Source of the DNA: a virus
Length of the DNA: 64,000 nucleotides
Reading direction: 5' to 3' (one strand)
Virus genome (UHGV): UHGV-0294963
Within the stretch, counting starts at the first letter, position 1. The number at the start of each line of letters is the position of its first letter. Positions 9,735-19,765 of this stretch are shown here, in pieces. The position numbers and the translations under genes were made by a program. Below the pieces are notes generated by a model. It ran no database searches, was not told the DNA's origin, and was given only the letters and a program-made list of their open reading frames with translations.

Positions 9735-10058
9735 TTACTCTACTTCAGGCTCGCCGCCTTCAGCAGCGCCGTCCTCAGCCAGAGTTTCGGTGTTGAGGTC
9801 GACGTCAACGGTATACTCATCACCGGACTCAGGCACGCAGTTTAGAACGATACCTGTGTCAGAAGGTGCGAGAGACACGCCGATTGTTGGGTCAGAAGAA
9901 AGCTCTGCAAGAACAGCCTGAATAACAACTTCCATGTCTTCAATGCTGTAATATACAGTACCCTCAACCTCCTTAGAAGAATTAAGATTAGCACCCTTAC
10001 CTTTCTTGGAACTATTCAGGTCGAGTCTAAGAATTCGTCTTTTAGCATTTCTAGCCAT
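9735..10058 (-). CDS. small virion protein with N-terminal basic leader and two LNSS motifs
   Basis: Start moved to the ATG at 10058, which has a strong RBS GGAGGTTAT. N-terminus is MARNAKRRILRLDLNSSKKGKGANLNSSKE. C-terminus is acidic. Confidence 0.5.
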   Translation of the reverse strand: MARNAKRRILRLDLNSSKKGKGANLNSSKEVEGTVYYSIEDMEVVIQAVLAELSSDPTIGVSLAPSDTGIVLNCVPESGDEYTVDVDLNTETLAEDGAAEGGEPEVE

Positions 10059-10083
10059 AATAGATAACCTCCTATCAGTTATA

Positions 10084-10788
10084 TTACAACACGGTTTGCG
10101 GTGTGTTGTTCTGTACCAAATATTCACGCTCTGCTCTAAGCTCTTCTAATCCCTCTGCGAGAAGTTGTTCTCCGTCGAGCTGAACAGGGCTATTCGGTAA
10201 CTTGACCTTGCGTCGTTTACTACCTACATATATCTTCATGTACGCTATAGCAAGTTTGCGTAGTTGACTTTGAGCGAAACTTGTCTTTAACTCTGAAGGG
10301 TCATCATATTCAGGAATGTATGTAATAGTAACATACACCGGTTTCGGAACGTTCGCTGCTACATATAGGTATTGATTCTGCTGGTCATAGTGATATTGTA
10401 AGTCTTCCGACACTGTGTTCTTAATCTGTTGAACAAGCATCAGTTGAACGTATCTGTCGAAATATGCGTGATAAGCACCTGAGTTCGGTACGGCTGCCAT
10501 TCCCGCAAGCGACGTAAAGACATTACCGACACTGGTGTTGTCTACATTCAAGCCTGCAGGAACTTCAGCACGCCGAATTGAAATGAAATCTTTAACTTTT
10601 AGGTTACCAACCCAAATTCGCTCTTTATAAGGTACGGTTAAATCGGCGTACTCATGAAGCTTCTCTTTCAGCTCTCTAAAAGCTTTCATGAGAATCTTCA
10701 TGTCGTCGCCGTCATTAACCTCTTGAGCAGTCCAAGGCACTTCAAGGTGCATATCATCCAGATATTCTTGAATTGTGGGGTTCAGCAT
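10084..10788 (-). CDS. hypothetical head-tail connector protein
   Basis: 234 aa with RBS AAGGAGGGG. Position is downstream of the MCP. Confidence 0.5.
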   Translation of the reverse strand: MLNPTIQEYLDDMHLEVPWTAQEVNDGDDMKILMKAFRELKEKLHEYADLTVPYKERIWVGNLKVKDFISIRRAEVPAGLNVDNTSVGNVFTSLAGMAAVPNSGAYHAYFDRYVQLMLVQQIKNTVSEDLQYHYDQQNQYLYVAANVPKPVYVTITYIPEYDDPSELKTSFAQSQLRKLAIAYMKIYVGSKRRKVKLPNSPVQLDGEQLLAEGLEELRAEREYLVQNNTPQTVL

Positions 10789-10812
10789 TTAACCACCCCT
10801 CCTTATCTGGAA

Positions 10813-11328
10813 TTAGCCTTCTCCGCCGTCTCCGCCGTCAGCGGCTGCAGAAGTAACTGTAAAGCCGAAGTCTTTGAGGGCTGCACCTGCCTGAACGTAG
10901 AAGGAAGCTTCTGCGTAGGTATCACACGCGAATGTGTTCGTAGTGCCGTCGAGCTCTGCAGTCATTTTGAAGGTCTGCCATGCTCTGTAGATAGAAATCT
11001 GAGGAATGAGGTATGCCTCAAGAATATTCATGAGGTCCATTGCCACAGACTGCGGCCATCTCTTCTGGGCAGAAGTGAGTAAGCTGAGGTTTGCGATTGC
11101 AGTAACAGCACCGTTTGAGTTGGTGAAGAGATTCTCCTTGTTGTACTCAGGTGCAGTTGCGCCGTCAGCTGCATAGATGTAAGGCTTAGAAGCACCAGGC
11201 CACTTACCAGGCATTGTGCTGGAAGAAAGACCAGGGATTGGTGCAACAGTCTTCACGTTTGGCTCCTGATTCTGCATATTGTAGATATCATTGGCAGCCG
11301 TATAGGTGATTGTAACATTGTAACTCAT
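10813..11328 (-). CDS. hypothetical capsid-associated protein (decoration candidate)
   Basis: 171 aa with a Gly/Asp-rich C-terminus, immediately downstream of the MCP. Confidence 0.45.
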   Translation of the reverse strand: MSYNVTITYTAANDIYNMQNQEPNVKTVAPIPGLSSSTMPGKWPGASKPYIYAADGATAPEYNKENLFTNSNGAVTAIANLSLLTSAQKRWPQSVAMDLMNILEAYLIPQISIYRAWQTFKMTAELDGTTNTFACDTYAEASFYVQAGAALKDFGFTVTSAAADGGDGGEG

Positions 11329-11349
11329 AGCGTTAATCCTCCTTTAGAA

Positions 11350-12720
11350 TTAGTAAACCAGGTTGGTAACAACGCCACGGATGAATGCCTTCGGGTTCAC
11401 CATCTTCAGTGCGTTAGATGTTGCGAAGCCCTGCTGACCTGTGAATGTAGCATCCATAAGAGCAGCTGTAGCAGTAACCGGCATATATGTACCGAATACA
11501 TAAGAAGGCTCAACATCGTTAGCTGAGACGTGACCGAGGACGTACTGGTCGTGAGGAATACCACCACGGAAGCAGTAAACCTTCTTATCGCCGAGTTCGC
11601 CGGCATAGTAAGAACCAGTTGTCTTCTGAGTGTTAGCGGGTTTGAACATAGACATACCCTGGATAACAGTCATGACGCTGGAACCAACGAGCATGAAGTT
11701 AGGACGAATACGACCTGTTGCGTCGTAGATTCTCTGAGAACCTGCGTTGATAGCTCTGATGAAGGAGTTATCATGTGCAAGGTCGCCTGCCTGTCCCTGG
11801 CCGATAGGAGGAGTAGCGCTCCAAACAACAGGTTGACCTGCTGCTGCCTTCTGCCACATATCGTGAGCAACCTTGGTGTTGAGCTCATTTACGATAGTAG
11901 ACGTTGCCTGCTCCTCGAGCATCTTAGGACCATCGAGACCGTACTGCTGTTCCATATCGTAAGCAGCTGCCATGGACCAACGTGCTGCGAGAGTGTTGTC
12001 CTCTGCAACAAGGTCGAGCCATTCAAGAGTGCTGTAGATAGGGGGTGTGTTCGCAGAAGCGGAAATGTTATCAACTCTGTAAGAAGCAAGTGTAGTAGCA
12101 GCTGCTGTTACACCTGTGATAACACCGGTTGCATAGTCGATTGTACCTGCATCAACAACAGTCGAGCCATTGAGGTACTGAATCTTACCCTCGCCGTCGT
12201 CGAAGTAGCTGTGACCAGCCTGCTCAACGATTCTAACCGTTGTAGGAACAACAGGAGCGCGGAGGAAGAGGTCAGTGAGTGGCTCGTTATTGACATCACT
12301 ACCAGAGTAGTTCTCAGTGCCTCTTGCGAGCTCGAAGGGGCTTGCAGAAACCTGACCTGCCTTTACAACACCCTTATCTTCACCGAAGTGGAAAAGAGTG
12401 TAGGGAATTGCAGTATGTCTGCTAGACATAGGCTGCATGGTGCAGAACTCAGGAATGAGCCAGTCGACAAGTGTTGCACGAAGCACGTTCATGTAGGTTG
12501 TCTTCTGGAGCACATCACCGGGCTGAGTAGCGCTCGGGATAATAGAAGTAGGAAGGAGACTCGAGTTGAGCGCTCTCTTCTGCAGGGCGTATGCGTTATT
12601 GAGAATCTTCTGAGCTTTAGAAAGCCCAATAGCGTCATACCCACGTAGTCCTTTTGCAGTACGGCTGGAATTCAGGCTCTGAATTCCTGCCTTGCCTGCG
12701 TTTGTGTACGGCTTAAGCAT
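11350..12720 (-). CDS. major capsid protein (candidate) with N-terminal propeptide
   Basis: 456 aa with strong RBS, placed after the portal and scaffold/protease candidates. Two LNSS motifs lie at residues ~16 and ~51, as expected for proteolytic N-terminal processing. Confidence 0.55.
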   Translation of the reverse strand: MLKPYTNAGKAGIQSLNSSRTAKGLRGYDAIGLSKAQKILNNAYALQKRALNSSLLPTSIIPSATQPGDVLQKTTYMNVLRATLVDWLIPEFCTMQPMSSRHTAIPYTLFHFGEDKGVVKAGQVSASPFELARGTENYSGSDVNNEPLTDLFLRAPVVPTTVRIVEQAGHSYFDDGEGKIQYLNGSTVVDAGTIDYATGVITGVTAAATTLASYRVDNISASANTPPIYSTLEWLDLVAEDNTLAARWSMAAAYDMEQQYGLDGPKMLEEQATSTIVNELNTKVAHDMWQKAAAGQPVVWSATPPIGQGQAGDLAHDNSFIRAINAGSQRIYDATGRIRPNFMLVGSSVMTVIQGMSMFKPANTQKTTGSYYAGELGDKKVYCFRGGIPHDQYVLGHVSANDVEPSYVFGTYMPVTATAALMDATFTGQQGFATSNALKMVNPKAFIRGVVTNLVY

Positions 12721-12734
12721 AAGTAATCTCTCCT

Positions 12735-13337
12735 TTAGCTAAAGTTTTTGAAGTGCGAATTGTATAACATCTCACACAAAGCATTCTTACGCAACTCTGC
12801 CAGTTGACGGCTGGTATTCGTTAACCTGAGAGTGCCTTGTGGGAGGTTTCGCCTTGAGGCTGCGAGCTGAACTGGAACAGCATATTTGAAAGCTGGTAGC
12901 GCTACAAAGTCAAACCCAAAGAAGTCAATTGGACCGGTTGTTCTACCAGGTACGGTACCTGTATCGGTACATCCATCAGCACGAATGCTGACACCAGGCT
13001 TAATACCGTGCATATACAAGTCTTTGATATATCTGCCTTCTTCGGTTGAGTCCAGAAGCTCAATTTTGCCTTTCAGCTTGTTCCCTTCTCTGTAACAGTC
13101 GATTAGGAAACCAGCTTCAGTCTTGCGGAACCCCGGTGTGTTATCCGTAGGGTGCTCGATGTATGCAGGATAGACCCTGCGTGCGAGACAATCCTTGAAG
13201 GTTTCATTATTCAAGAGCCAATCGATTGTTGCTCCCGAAAAAGTCAAACCATCCTGATTGGGAATGTCAATGTCGAGAAAGTCACCACCTACGACAAACC
13301 TTCCGGTGCTTCTGTCTTGGGTCATTTCTGTAACCAT
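12735..13337 (-). CDS. putative scaffold protein or prohead protease
   Basis: 200 aa located between portal and MCP. No catalytic motif could be verified. Confidence 0.35.
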   Translation of the reverse strand: MVTEMTQDRSTGRFVVGGDFLDIDIPNQDGLTFSGATIDWLLNNETFKDCLARRVYPAYIEHPTDNTPGFRKTEAGFLIDCYREGNKLKGKIELLDSTEEGRYIKDLYMHGIKPGVSIRADGCTDTGTVPGRTTGPIDFFGFDFVALPAFKYAVPVQLAASRRNLPQGTLRLTNTSRQLAELRKNALCEMLYNSHFKNFS

Positions 13338-13424
13338 CTGTAATCACCTCGCTTAAATAGACGTCAAATTGTTGTCTATTCAATCTACATTATATGAACA
13401 ATTGTCAGGATTGTCTGCTACTGA

Positions 13425-15011
13425 CTAGATAAAGGGATTTTCCTCAGTCTCAGCTTCACCTTCTGCCGGTTCGGCAATGTCAGTCTTGTTCAGCATGCTA
13501 TAGATTGCAGGGTCGATAACATCAAGCTGCCCTTTGATAGACTTAATCTTAACCTGAGAGTCTGTAACACCGAGATTTTCAAGCAATGCGATGATATCGT
13601 TAGCTCTAGTAACAGCGTTAGACTGCAGTTCAGACTTTGTTTCGTCTTCAGGGCCTACCGGCGGTTGCATCTTAACCTCAAACCTGTCTCTGTATTGTGG
13701 TAGGTCGTTCTTAATGAAGTATGTATTCAATGCTTCACGAATGCCCTCACTATACGCATGCTGCAAGCTGATGATTTTACGATACAACCTGATGTTATTC
13801 TGCGTTAGGATTGTAGCACCTCCGGTACCTTCCTCGTCGGTAGACTGTCCTAGATTACCGGGTGATACATCAGTGATGGAAGTGATTTTCTGTTTGTACC
13901 AATCTAGGTCGACGATGTCTCGTATATTCACGTCGCCGCCGAGTGTTTCTAGATTGATAACACCTTTACCGTCACGAGTAACCGTGTAGACAATTTTCTC
14001 CAACGGACCTGGGTCTGCGTAAGAAGAAGCTGAACCAGTATTCGTGTTCGCTGCCAGCTTATGCTCCATCTGTCTTTTGAGCTGGTCAAGAAGACGACGT
14101 TCCTCTTCGGGTGAGCAGTCACCAACCTCAAGCTGAAGAATTCGCAACAGAGCAGACTTGGTAACCCGATTAGCAACAATCGCGTCTTCAAGAAGTGACA
14201 GTATCTGTGCAGGTACATAAGCATCGATGAACAACGGGTCACCTTGATAGATGGTATAAGGTGTTATGCCGTCTGCATCTTCAACCTCGATTTCTGACGG
14301 ATACAAAGACAGATTGTAGACAATATGGATTACGGAGTCACTTGATTGAACAGACCAAGGTTTGTTCTTGATTCTGCACCATTTGTCATATGATGTCTCG
14401 CTGATGTTATCTTGAAGTGAGAAGTCTACACAGAACGCAGACGGCTCATCATCATGTCTAAGTTCATAGATAATCGCTGGGCTAATCGCGACGTCTGTAC
14501 GAACGTCCCAATGCTGATTCGGATTTCTCTGATTTAGACTAAGAACACCTTGGCTGTCATCTTTTGCTCTAGGCGTTACGAATTCGGTAGTTTTGAGGTA
14601 AAGGTTAGAATACGTAACCAACTCAATCATATGGCTATAGGCACGCCAATTCAACTTCCATGCCTTCATTCGCTCATTTGCTGCTTTCGCAGCCATTATC
14701 GAAACTTCATCATCGTTGATGGGTACAGCCCAGATTACATCGCCATCGGCGTTAGCACCTGTAGCATTCGTAGCATAGATTTCGATTGCTGGTCCTATGA
14801 TTGCATCGGACTTCAATTGAGTCATGCAATTATACATCGTAGCTCTATCTTTCAGTGCAGTTGCAGATTGTTTAATCTGGTCCAGGTCAGTTAGTGCGCC
14901 AGTCAGCACACGATAGTCGATGTCATATAAGTCAGTTTTTCTTTTGACTTGGTTAGCAGGGACTGCGTTGTTATCTATAATCTGCTTTCTCCTTCGTTTA
15001 AAAAGCCCCAA
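13425..15011 (-). CDS. portal protein (candidate)
   Basis: 528 aa with a TTG start and AAGGGGGT RBS. It sits directly downstream of the large terminase with an acidic C-terminus; size is typical. Confidence 0.5.
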   Translation of the reverse strand: MGLFKRRRKQIIDNNAVPANQVKRKTDLYDIDYRVLTGALTDLDQIKQSATALKDRATMYNCMTQLKSDAIIGPAIEIYATNATGANADGDVIWAVPINDDEVSIMAAKAANERMKAWKLNWRAYSHMIELVTYSNLYLKTTEFVTPRAKDDSQGVLSLNQRNPNQHWDVRTDVAISPAIIYELRHDDEPSAFCVDFSLQDNISETSYDKWCRIKNKPWSVQSSDSVIHIVYNLSLYPSEIEVEDADGITPYTIYQGDPLFIDAYVPAQILSLLEDAIVANRVTKSALLRILQLEVGDCSPEEERRLLDQLKRQMEHKLAANTNTGSASSYADPGPLEKIVYTVTRDGKGVINLETLGGDVNIRDIVDLDWYKQKITSITDVSPGNLGQSTDEEGTGGATILTQNNIRLYRKIISLQHAYSEGIREALNTYFIKNDLPQYRDRFEVKMQPPVGPEDETKSELQSNAVTRANDIIALLENLGVTDSQVKIKSIKGQLDVIDPAIYSMLNKTDIAEPAEGEAETEENPFI

Positions 15012-15104
15012 TGTCGTTTACCCCCTTACTGTAATAATGTAATACAACACCACATATCTGCTGTAGCTTGCTTATGTTTTGCGTGGTTTTGTTAACCATG
15101 TAAT

Positions 15105-15165
15105 ACAGTTATACACATTTACAGTCACACACGCATGCTGTAGCGTGCTATGTAGTTCGTATATC
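15105..15165. repeat. family B element (TGTAGCGTGCTATGT)
   Basis: cacacacgcatgctgtagcgtgctatgtag, between the terminase and portal genes. Confidence 0.45.
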
Positions 15166-15232
15166 ATATAATACACCGGTAAATCAAGATAAAGAAGCAC
15201 GTCGCAGCGAAATACTGTGACGTGCTTCTGAT

Positions 15233-15268
15233 TTTGCTTAAATGCAGTGATACTGCATTACTGTTTAG
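15233..15268. repeat. family C element (TTTTGCTTAAATGCAGTgatACTGCATT hairpin)
   Basis: Shares the GCTTAAATGCA arm with the other family C copies. Confidence 0.45.
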
Positions 15269-15278
15269 TTATTAAGAA

Positions 15279-17231
15279 TCAGTGCATTTGTGTTAATCGG
15301 TCGAAAAATGACCAATCGTCTGGATTTCTTTCGAACGCAGTTCTGTCGTAGGCTTGCAGCCCACCGAATAGGCCGTTCTTGAACGACGAAGGCATTTTAT
15401 CTTCTTTTTCGTGTGAATACATCGTAAAATCATGTAAAACCGGAGTATAAGGTAACAGACTCAAATCCCATACAGCGCCTGCCAAGCTATCCGAAATATC
15501 TTTTGAACCATTAGCAGGATGGTCTAGCTTACCTGTATGGGTATCGTATTGAAGATAAATCAATTCATTTTCTAATCTAGCGTAATGAATTAGACTAATT
15601 CTACGCTCCATCATCGATTCACGCAGAGTCTTATAACCTTCTGGTGTACGGTCGAGTGAGCGTATAGCCGTGGTGAATCCTTTATCTCGCAATATCTGAT
15701 GAGACTCAGCTGTCTGGTAGGTATCGGTACTGATTATAGCAATATTAAATCCCACACTTCGTAGCCAGTACAGGAACCTTCGGTTCTTTGCCATGCTAAT
15801 TTCGGTACCAGGTGGAGCCTTGATACCGACAGAGAATACCTGAGCATAAACTCGTTTTTCTATTGTTCCATCATCGGTATCTGCCAGAACATTATCTACA
15901 TAGCAAGCACCCGATATACCAGTAATATCATTCTTCAATGACGTATCAAGATGTATAGCCATCGGTCTTGATTTATATTCCTTAGGTACCTTTTCTAGGT
16001 CGAAAAATTCTTGATACTCCATATGGTCGTTGCATCCTATCTCAAGTACCTCCGCTGAGAACGGATTTGGTCTATCTGTGTAGCACGAGCTGATAATCTT
16101 ATAACTGAAGTAGCTGGTTGTACCCGGTAGTGCTTTACCAGCAAGGTCCTGTAATGCAGTTATGATGTTGAACCGAAAATCTGACTCTAGTTCAACCGGG
16201 ACATCCAGTATCTCATATCCAAGCTGTCGTATGGCATCAAGGTCTTCTCCTTCTTCAATCACTCTAGGAGTTAGCTGTTTCGCACCGTAAGCAACCTTAA
16301 ACATTTTACCAGAATATGTATCAGAGGGTTTTACAACCCACAGCGGCTCGTCGACAATGAACAGTTTATCAGCGTCGTTCTCTTTTCGGCGTTTATCTAG
16401 ATACACCTCTAAGAAGTCGTCTTCTGCTTTCTTAGAAGAAACCAGGAACATCTTACCCAAGAGTTTTCCGTTCCTGATGAAACGTGATTTAATTCTGGCT
16501 TTAACCGAAGAGTAAGTCTGCATAATCTTAGACTTCTCCATGGTTGTATTCGAACCCGGTGCGAAGTTAACCTCATCAAGGAAACCACAGAATATTTGCT
16601 GACCTAAACCGTGACTTGCTTTAGAACCAGCTTTAATAGCAATATGTTTTCCTGGTACATAATAAGGGTTAGATGCGGAACCTGCAACGGTACCATGAGA
16701 CAGAAACCAAGGAGATTCCATAAGACACGCATGAAGTCGTCCGTAACCAACGCTTTGTGCCAGTGCAACCGTAGCGTTGAAGAAGAATATAGCAATTTCG
16801 TCGGTATCTGCGAATCCGAAATATCTTTGAGGGAATTTCAGACATAATAGTCGATATGTTAGGTAAGCAATGGCATAGACTGCAATCGCGGTCTTACCAA
16901 TACCGATAGCCCCTGTAAACGCAATTTCTTCGTATTCGGTATCTCCACCGGCAAATATCTTGCGTAGTTGTTCTCTCCAGAAAGGGTATATCTGATTACC
17001 TAGATTAGTGGCTTTACCTAGATATTCAGGGTCTTCTAGAAACGTGTCTATATCTACCGGAATCTCTTCATAGTCTTCTAGCCAGACTTTTTCATAGGTT
17101 TCACTCTCACCTGTTTCACTGAGCTCTCTGAGTATCTGCTGCATAGTCTCTTGCTCAGAAGGAGACAATGAATTATAGATACTTTGAAATCGTTCAGGAG
17201 CTAGCATAGTGAGATTTAGCGTACTACTCAT
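15279..17231 (-). CDS. terL: terminase large subunit
   Basis: 650 aa. Walker A is FTGAIGIGKT and Walker B-like is FLDEVNF. The C-terminal half has acidic nuclease-type motifs. First gene of the structural block. Confidence 0.8.
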   Translation of the reverse strand: MSSTLNLTMLAPERFQSIYNSLSPSEQETMQQILRELSETGESETYEKVWLEDYEEIPVDIDTFLEDPEYLGKATNLGNQIYPFWREQLRKIFAGGDTEYEEIAFTGAIGIGKTAIAVYAIAYLTYRLLCLKFPQRYFGFADTDEIAIFFFNATVALAQSVGYGRLHACLMESPWFLSHGTVAGSASNPYYVPGKHIAIKAGSKASHGLGQQIFCGFLDEVNFAPGSNTTMEKSKIMQTYSSVKARIKSRFIRNGKLLGKMFLVSSKKAEDDFLEVYLDKRRKENDADKLFIVDEPLWVVKPSDTYSGKMFKVAYGAKQLTPRVIEEGEDLDAIRQLGYEILDVPVELESDFRFNIITALQDLAGKALPGTTSYFSYKIISSCYTDRPNPFSAEVLEIGCNDHMEYQEFFDLEKVPKEYKSRPMAIHLDTSLKNDITGISGACYVDNVLADTDDGTIEKRVYAQVFSVGIKAPPGTEISMAKNRRFLYWLRSVGFNIAIISTDTYQTAESHQILRDKGFTTAIRSLDRTPEGYKTLRESMMERRISLIHYARLENELIYLQYDTHTGKLDHPANGSKDISDSLAGAVWDLSLLPYTPVLHDFTMYSHEKEDKMPSSFKNGLFGGLQAYDRTAFERNPDDWSFFDRLTQMH

Positions 17232-17234
17232 AGC

Positions 17235-17438
17235 CTACTCTCCCTTCTTACAGCGAAACGTCTTGATTTCAGAAGTTTCGCGGTCGATGCGTACTGTAGG
17301 CATCTTCCTGCCGCGAGTGATAGTAAGGAGCAAGGAGGACTCGTTTTCAGGGTCCTCCTTAACATCCACGGTGAGCACATCCTGATAGAGAGAACGAGCA
17401 GCTTTTTCAGCTTCTTTTCGTTCTTTCTTTGAAATCAT
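17235..17438 (-). CDS. hypothetical small basic protein
   Basis: 67 aa with an RBS. Confidence 0.4.
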   Translation of the reverse strand: MISKKERKEAEKAARSLYQDVLTVDVKEDPENESSLLLTITRGRKMPTVRIDRETSEIKTFRCKKGE

Positions 17439-17722
17439 TTTGTTTCCACCTCAGGGTTCAGATAAGCATTGATATCCGCACCGATTGCGTACAAGTCAGC
17501 AACCCAGTCAAGAAGCTGCTTGGTATTGTCTTGGGACTCGCCTGATGTTTCGCTAAGCGGTGTTTCTAGTCTTGCTTCAACAGACGCAGCGAGCTGCTGA
17601 GCCTGGTCAGTAAGATTTTGGGAGATTGTGAGCAAGAGCTCACGGTCGACTCCCACCGAGCTGTTCAATTTAGTAGAAGCTGTGGGTTTCGACGTCTGTG
17701 TCTTGGGATTGTAGCGAACCAT
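17435..17722 (-). CDS. small virion/internal protein candidate with N-terminal leader ending in LNSS
   Basis: Start moved to ATG 17722 with RBS AGGAGGTTAAG. N-terminus is MVRYNPKTQTSKPTASTKLNSS. Confidence 0.5.
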   Translation of the reverse strand: MVRYNPKTQTSKPTASTKLNSSVGVDRELLLTISQNLTDQAQQLAASVEARLETPLSETSGESQDNTKQLLDWVADLYAIGADINAYLNPEVETK

Positions 17723-18035
17723 AATTCTTAACCTCCTGTTCAAGTTTAGGCTGACTCTGTTCAACAGAGTCATCTTTGACATTATCGATGTATTGGTGCA
17801 TAAAGTTTTCCAACGGCTCACAGATTTTCTTGTTACCGCGGAATGTGTGGTACAAATCTTCTAGCTTGTATGTAATATTCTCACCGGCTGCTAATGCTTT
17901 CAGACACTGACCAATCTGAACAGTTTGTGTCTGTGTTAGCAGAGTATCTACGCAAGAAAAGATACGATACAGCTCATTGTACCAGTCTTTCGGCTTATAC
18001 CGCTCCTGCGAGCAGTCCTTTGGCTCTGAGTTCAT
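17670..18035 (-). CDS. hypothetical protein
   Basis: 121 aa. Its 3' end overlaps the next gene. Confidence 0.4.
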   Translation of the reverse strand: MNSEPKDCSQERYKPKDWYNELYRIFSCVDTLLTQTQTVQIGQCLKALAAGENITYKLEDLYHTFRGNKKICEPLENFMHQYIDNVKDDSVEQSQPKLEQEVKNYGSLQSQDTDVETHSFY

Positions 18036-18330
18036 CTAACCACCTCCGCTTTAGGTCATCTGGTGTCATTCCTGCTGGTATTTCCTGAACAGCAAAATGA
18101 TTAGACCACAGTACCTTTCTGGGATATGCTTTACAGCAGCCCCAGTATCCCATAAGCTGTTTCAGAGCGGTGTATGACATATTTCGATAATATACCTTGT
18201 CTTCATATACCCATTCTTCATCAGGGGAATTAACAGTGACGACAAGTTTATCGACATACTTGAAATATTCATTTAGGACGTTTATTGGTAATTGCCCTAT
18301 CCAGTCGATTGTGGATATTCCTATAATCAT
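17995..18330 (-). CDS. hypothetical protein
   Basis: 111 aa with RBS GAAGGAGGG. Confidence 0.45.
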   Translation of the reverse strand: MIIGISTIDWIGQLPINVLNEYFKYVDKLVVTVNSPDEEWVYEDKVYYRNMSYTALKQLMGYWGCCKAYPRKVLWSNHFAVQEIPAGMTPDDLKRRWLDELRAKGLLAGAV

Positions 18331-18457
18331 CCTTTGACCCTCCTTCAGGACGAGTACTCAGGAATTTGGAGCACTCTGTGATGTAGTCCTCGGTAGCGTC
18401 AACTCTCGTCCTGCTTAGTTGCAGAAGTGTTCTCAGAAGAGCATAGTCTGTCGACAA
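18269..18457 (-). CDS. hypothetical small protein (TTG start)
   Basis: 62 aa with a very strong RBS AAGGAGGTGG before the TTG. Confidence 0.4.
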   Translation of the reverse strand: MSTDYALLRTLLQLSRTRVDATEDYITECSKFLSTRPEGGSKDDYRNIHNRLDRAITNKRPK

Positions 18458-18767
18458 GTCTGTCCACCTCCTTGAGTTGAAGCGTACCTAGAACTTCTTT
18501 GGTTGCGTCTTTTCTTGACATTGTTTTCATCTTAATAACGATTTCTTTTGCTGCGAATACAGCAAGGAGCTCGAACAGTGACGGGAATTTCACTGGTTGA
18601 TTAGGAAACACAGCACATAGGTGTGTGAAACCTTGTACGCCCACACAAGCAATTACCGGTGCCCAAGCCGACACATCGAGTTTATATTCATCTGGGAGCG
18701 AACCTAATATTTCTATCAGGTCGTCTGAGCTCCAGTTTTCTGTGAATCGGTCGAGGTACTGGTACAT
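18399..18767 (-). CDS. hypothetical protein
   Basis: 122 aa ORF. Confidence 0.4.
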   Translation of the reverse strand: MYQYLDRFTENWSSDDLIEILGSLPDEYKLDVSAWAPVIACVGVQGFTHLCAVFPNQPVKFPSLFELLAVFAAKEIVIKMKTMSRKDATKEVLGTLQLKEVDRLVDRLCSSENTSATKQDES

Positions 18768-19297
18768 AGTTTTGCCAACTCCTTTGCAGCATCACGAATG
18801 TTCTGACGCTCTTTAGATGTAAGTTCTGTTTGCTGAGCGTCTTCAATCGTGTCGAATATGATGGCGTCTTGAACATCAATCGGTATATCGATATTCTTAG
18901 TCGCCTGCTGTAGAGACATTAGCAGCTGCGTGTACATCGGAATGTACTGAGCGTCATGTTCTACATCAGACCGCATAAGAGCATCGATAGCATATTCCAG
19001 CTTGTTGGTGAGTTTGTCAGTAATCCGGTTAAAGCGTAGCAGACGTAGTTCCTTATTCCGCTCTTTAAGCTGCTGGATTAGCTTCAGCCTTGTACCAGGC
19101 TGAATAGCTCTAATTGCTTCAGTGTCACTGATAAGCAAATGATATATAAGCTGATTGTTTCTTTCAACCCAAGCCTGTAGTCCTTGATAGGATTCATCTG
19201 ACTTAGGTAACTCAATCGGTTGACCGGTTCCATAGTTAAAGACGTCAGCATAGTTCTTTACGGTTGCTTCGTATTTCGGATTATTCATCGACACCAC
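18716..19297 (-). CDS. hypothetical protein (GTG start)
   Basis: 193 aa. Confidence 0.45.
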   Translation of the reverse strand: MVSMNNPKYEATVKNYADVFNYGTGQPIELPKSDESYQGLQAWVERNNQLIYHLLISDTEAIRAIQPGTRLKLIQQLKERNKELRLLRFNRITDKLTNKLEYAIDALMRSDVEHDAQYIPMYTQLLMSLQQATKNIDIPIDVQDAIIFDTIEDAQQTELTSKERQNIRDAAKELAKLCTSTSTDSQKTGAQTT

Positions 19298-19763
19298 CTA
19301 CATTACCTGGATCGCACTCTGGTTCTGTATAAGAATCGGTTACGATGTCGAAACCGACACGCTTACCAGAGATTTCTGGGTTTGTGAATTCGACGTGACC
19401 GAGGCTTTTTAGTAGCTCTTCGAGTCTTTCTGCTGTCTCTTTCTTGACTGACTCTTCGAATTCGAACACAACAGACTGGTCTTTGTTGATGAATACACGA
19501 GTCATCTTGGGGATATCGCCGTGAATTCTAATGTTGTAGTACAGTGTGCGGAGCATGGTAGCGTCGAAATACGACGGATATAAAGCCTGGTGAACAGGCA
19601 TAGACTCATGAAAGTTCGGGCACATACTCGAATTCAGCGAAGGTGCTTTCCCATCGAGTTGTCTAATAGTGCTTTGTGCTTTCTCGCTAAATAGCTGAAT
19701 AAAAGCACCAGGGTCTACCTTGTTCTGTCTTGCACAATCAAGTCTCATAATTTTACCGAACAT
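19281..19763 (-). CDS. virion protein candidate with 45 aa N-terminal leader ending in LNSS
   Basis: 160 aa. The leader reads ...RQLDGKAPSLNSSMCP. Confidence 0.5.
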   Translation of the reverse strand: MFGKIMRLDCARQNKVDPGAFIQLFSEKAQSTIRQLDGKAPSLNSSMCPNFHESMPVHQALYPSYFDATMLRTLYYNIRIHGDIPKMTRVFINKDQSVVFEFEESVKKETAERLEELLKSLGHVEFTNPEISGKRVGFDIVTDSYTEPECDPGNVGGVDE

Positions 19764-19765
19764 GA

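Noticed and set aside
11406-12648. ORFs antisense to or overlapping the major capsid gene, including a 372 aa + strand ORF (11530..12648) and several 60-70 aa frames
   Set aside because: They lie entirely within the long, RBS-supported - strand capsid gene. Their composition is Cys/Ser/Thr/Leu-rich and of low complexity, which is typical of antisense read-through of a moderately GC-rich gene.
11350-12720. Idea that the recurring LNSS peptides reflect a repeated DNA element such as an EcoRI-containing CTGAATTC unit
   Set aside because: The first capsid site is encoded CTGAATTCCAGC but the second is CTCAACTCGAGT. Codons differ at other sites as well. The conservation is therefore at the peptide level.
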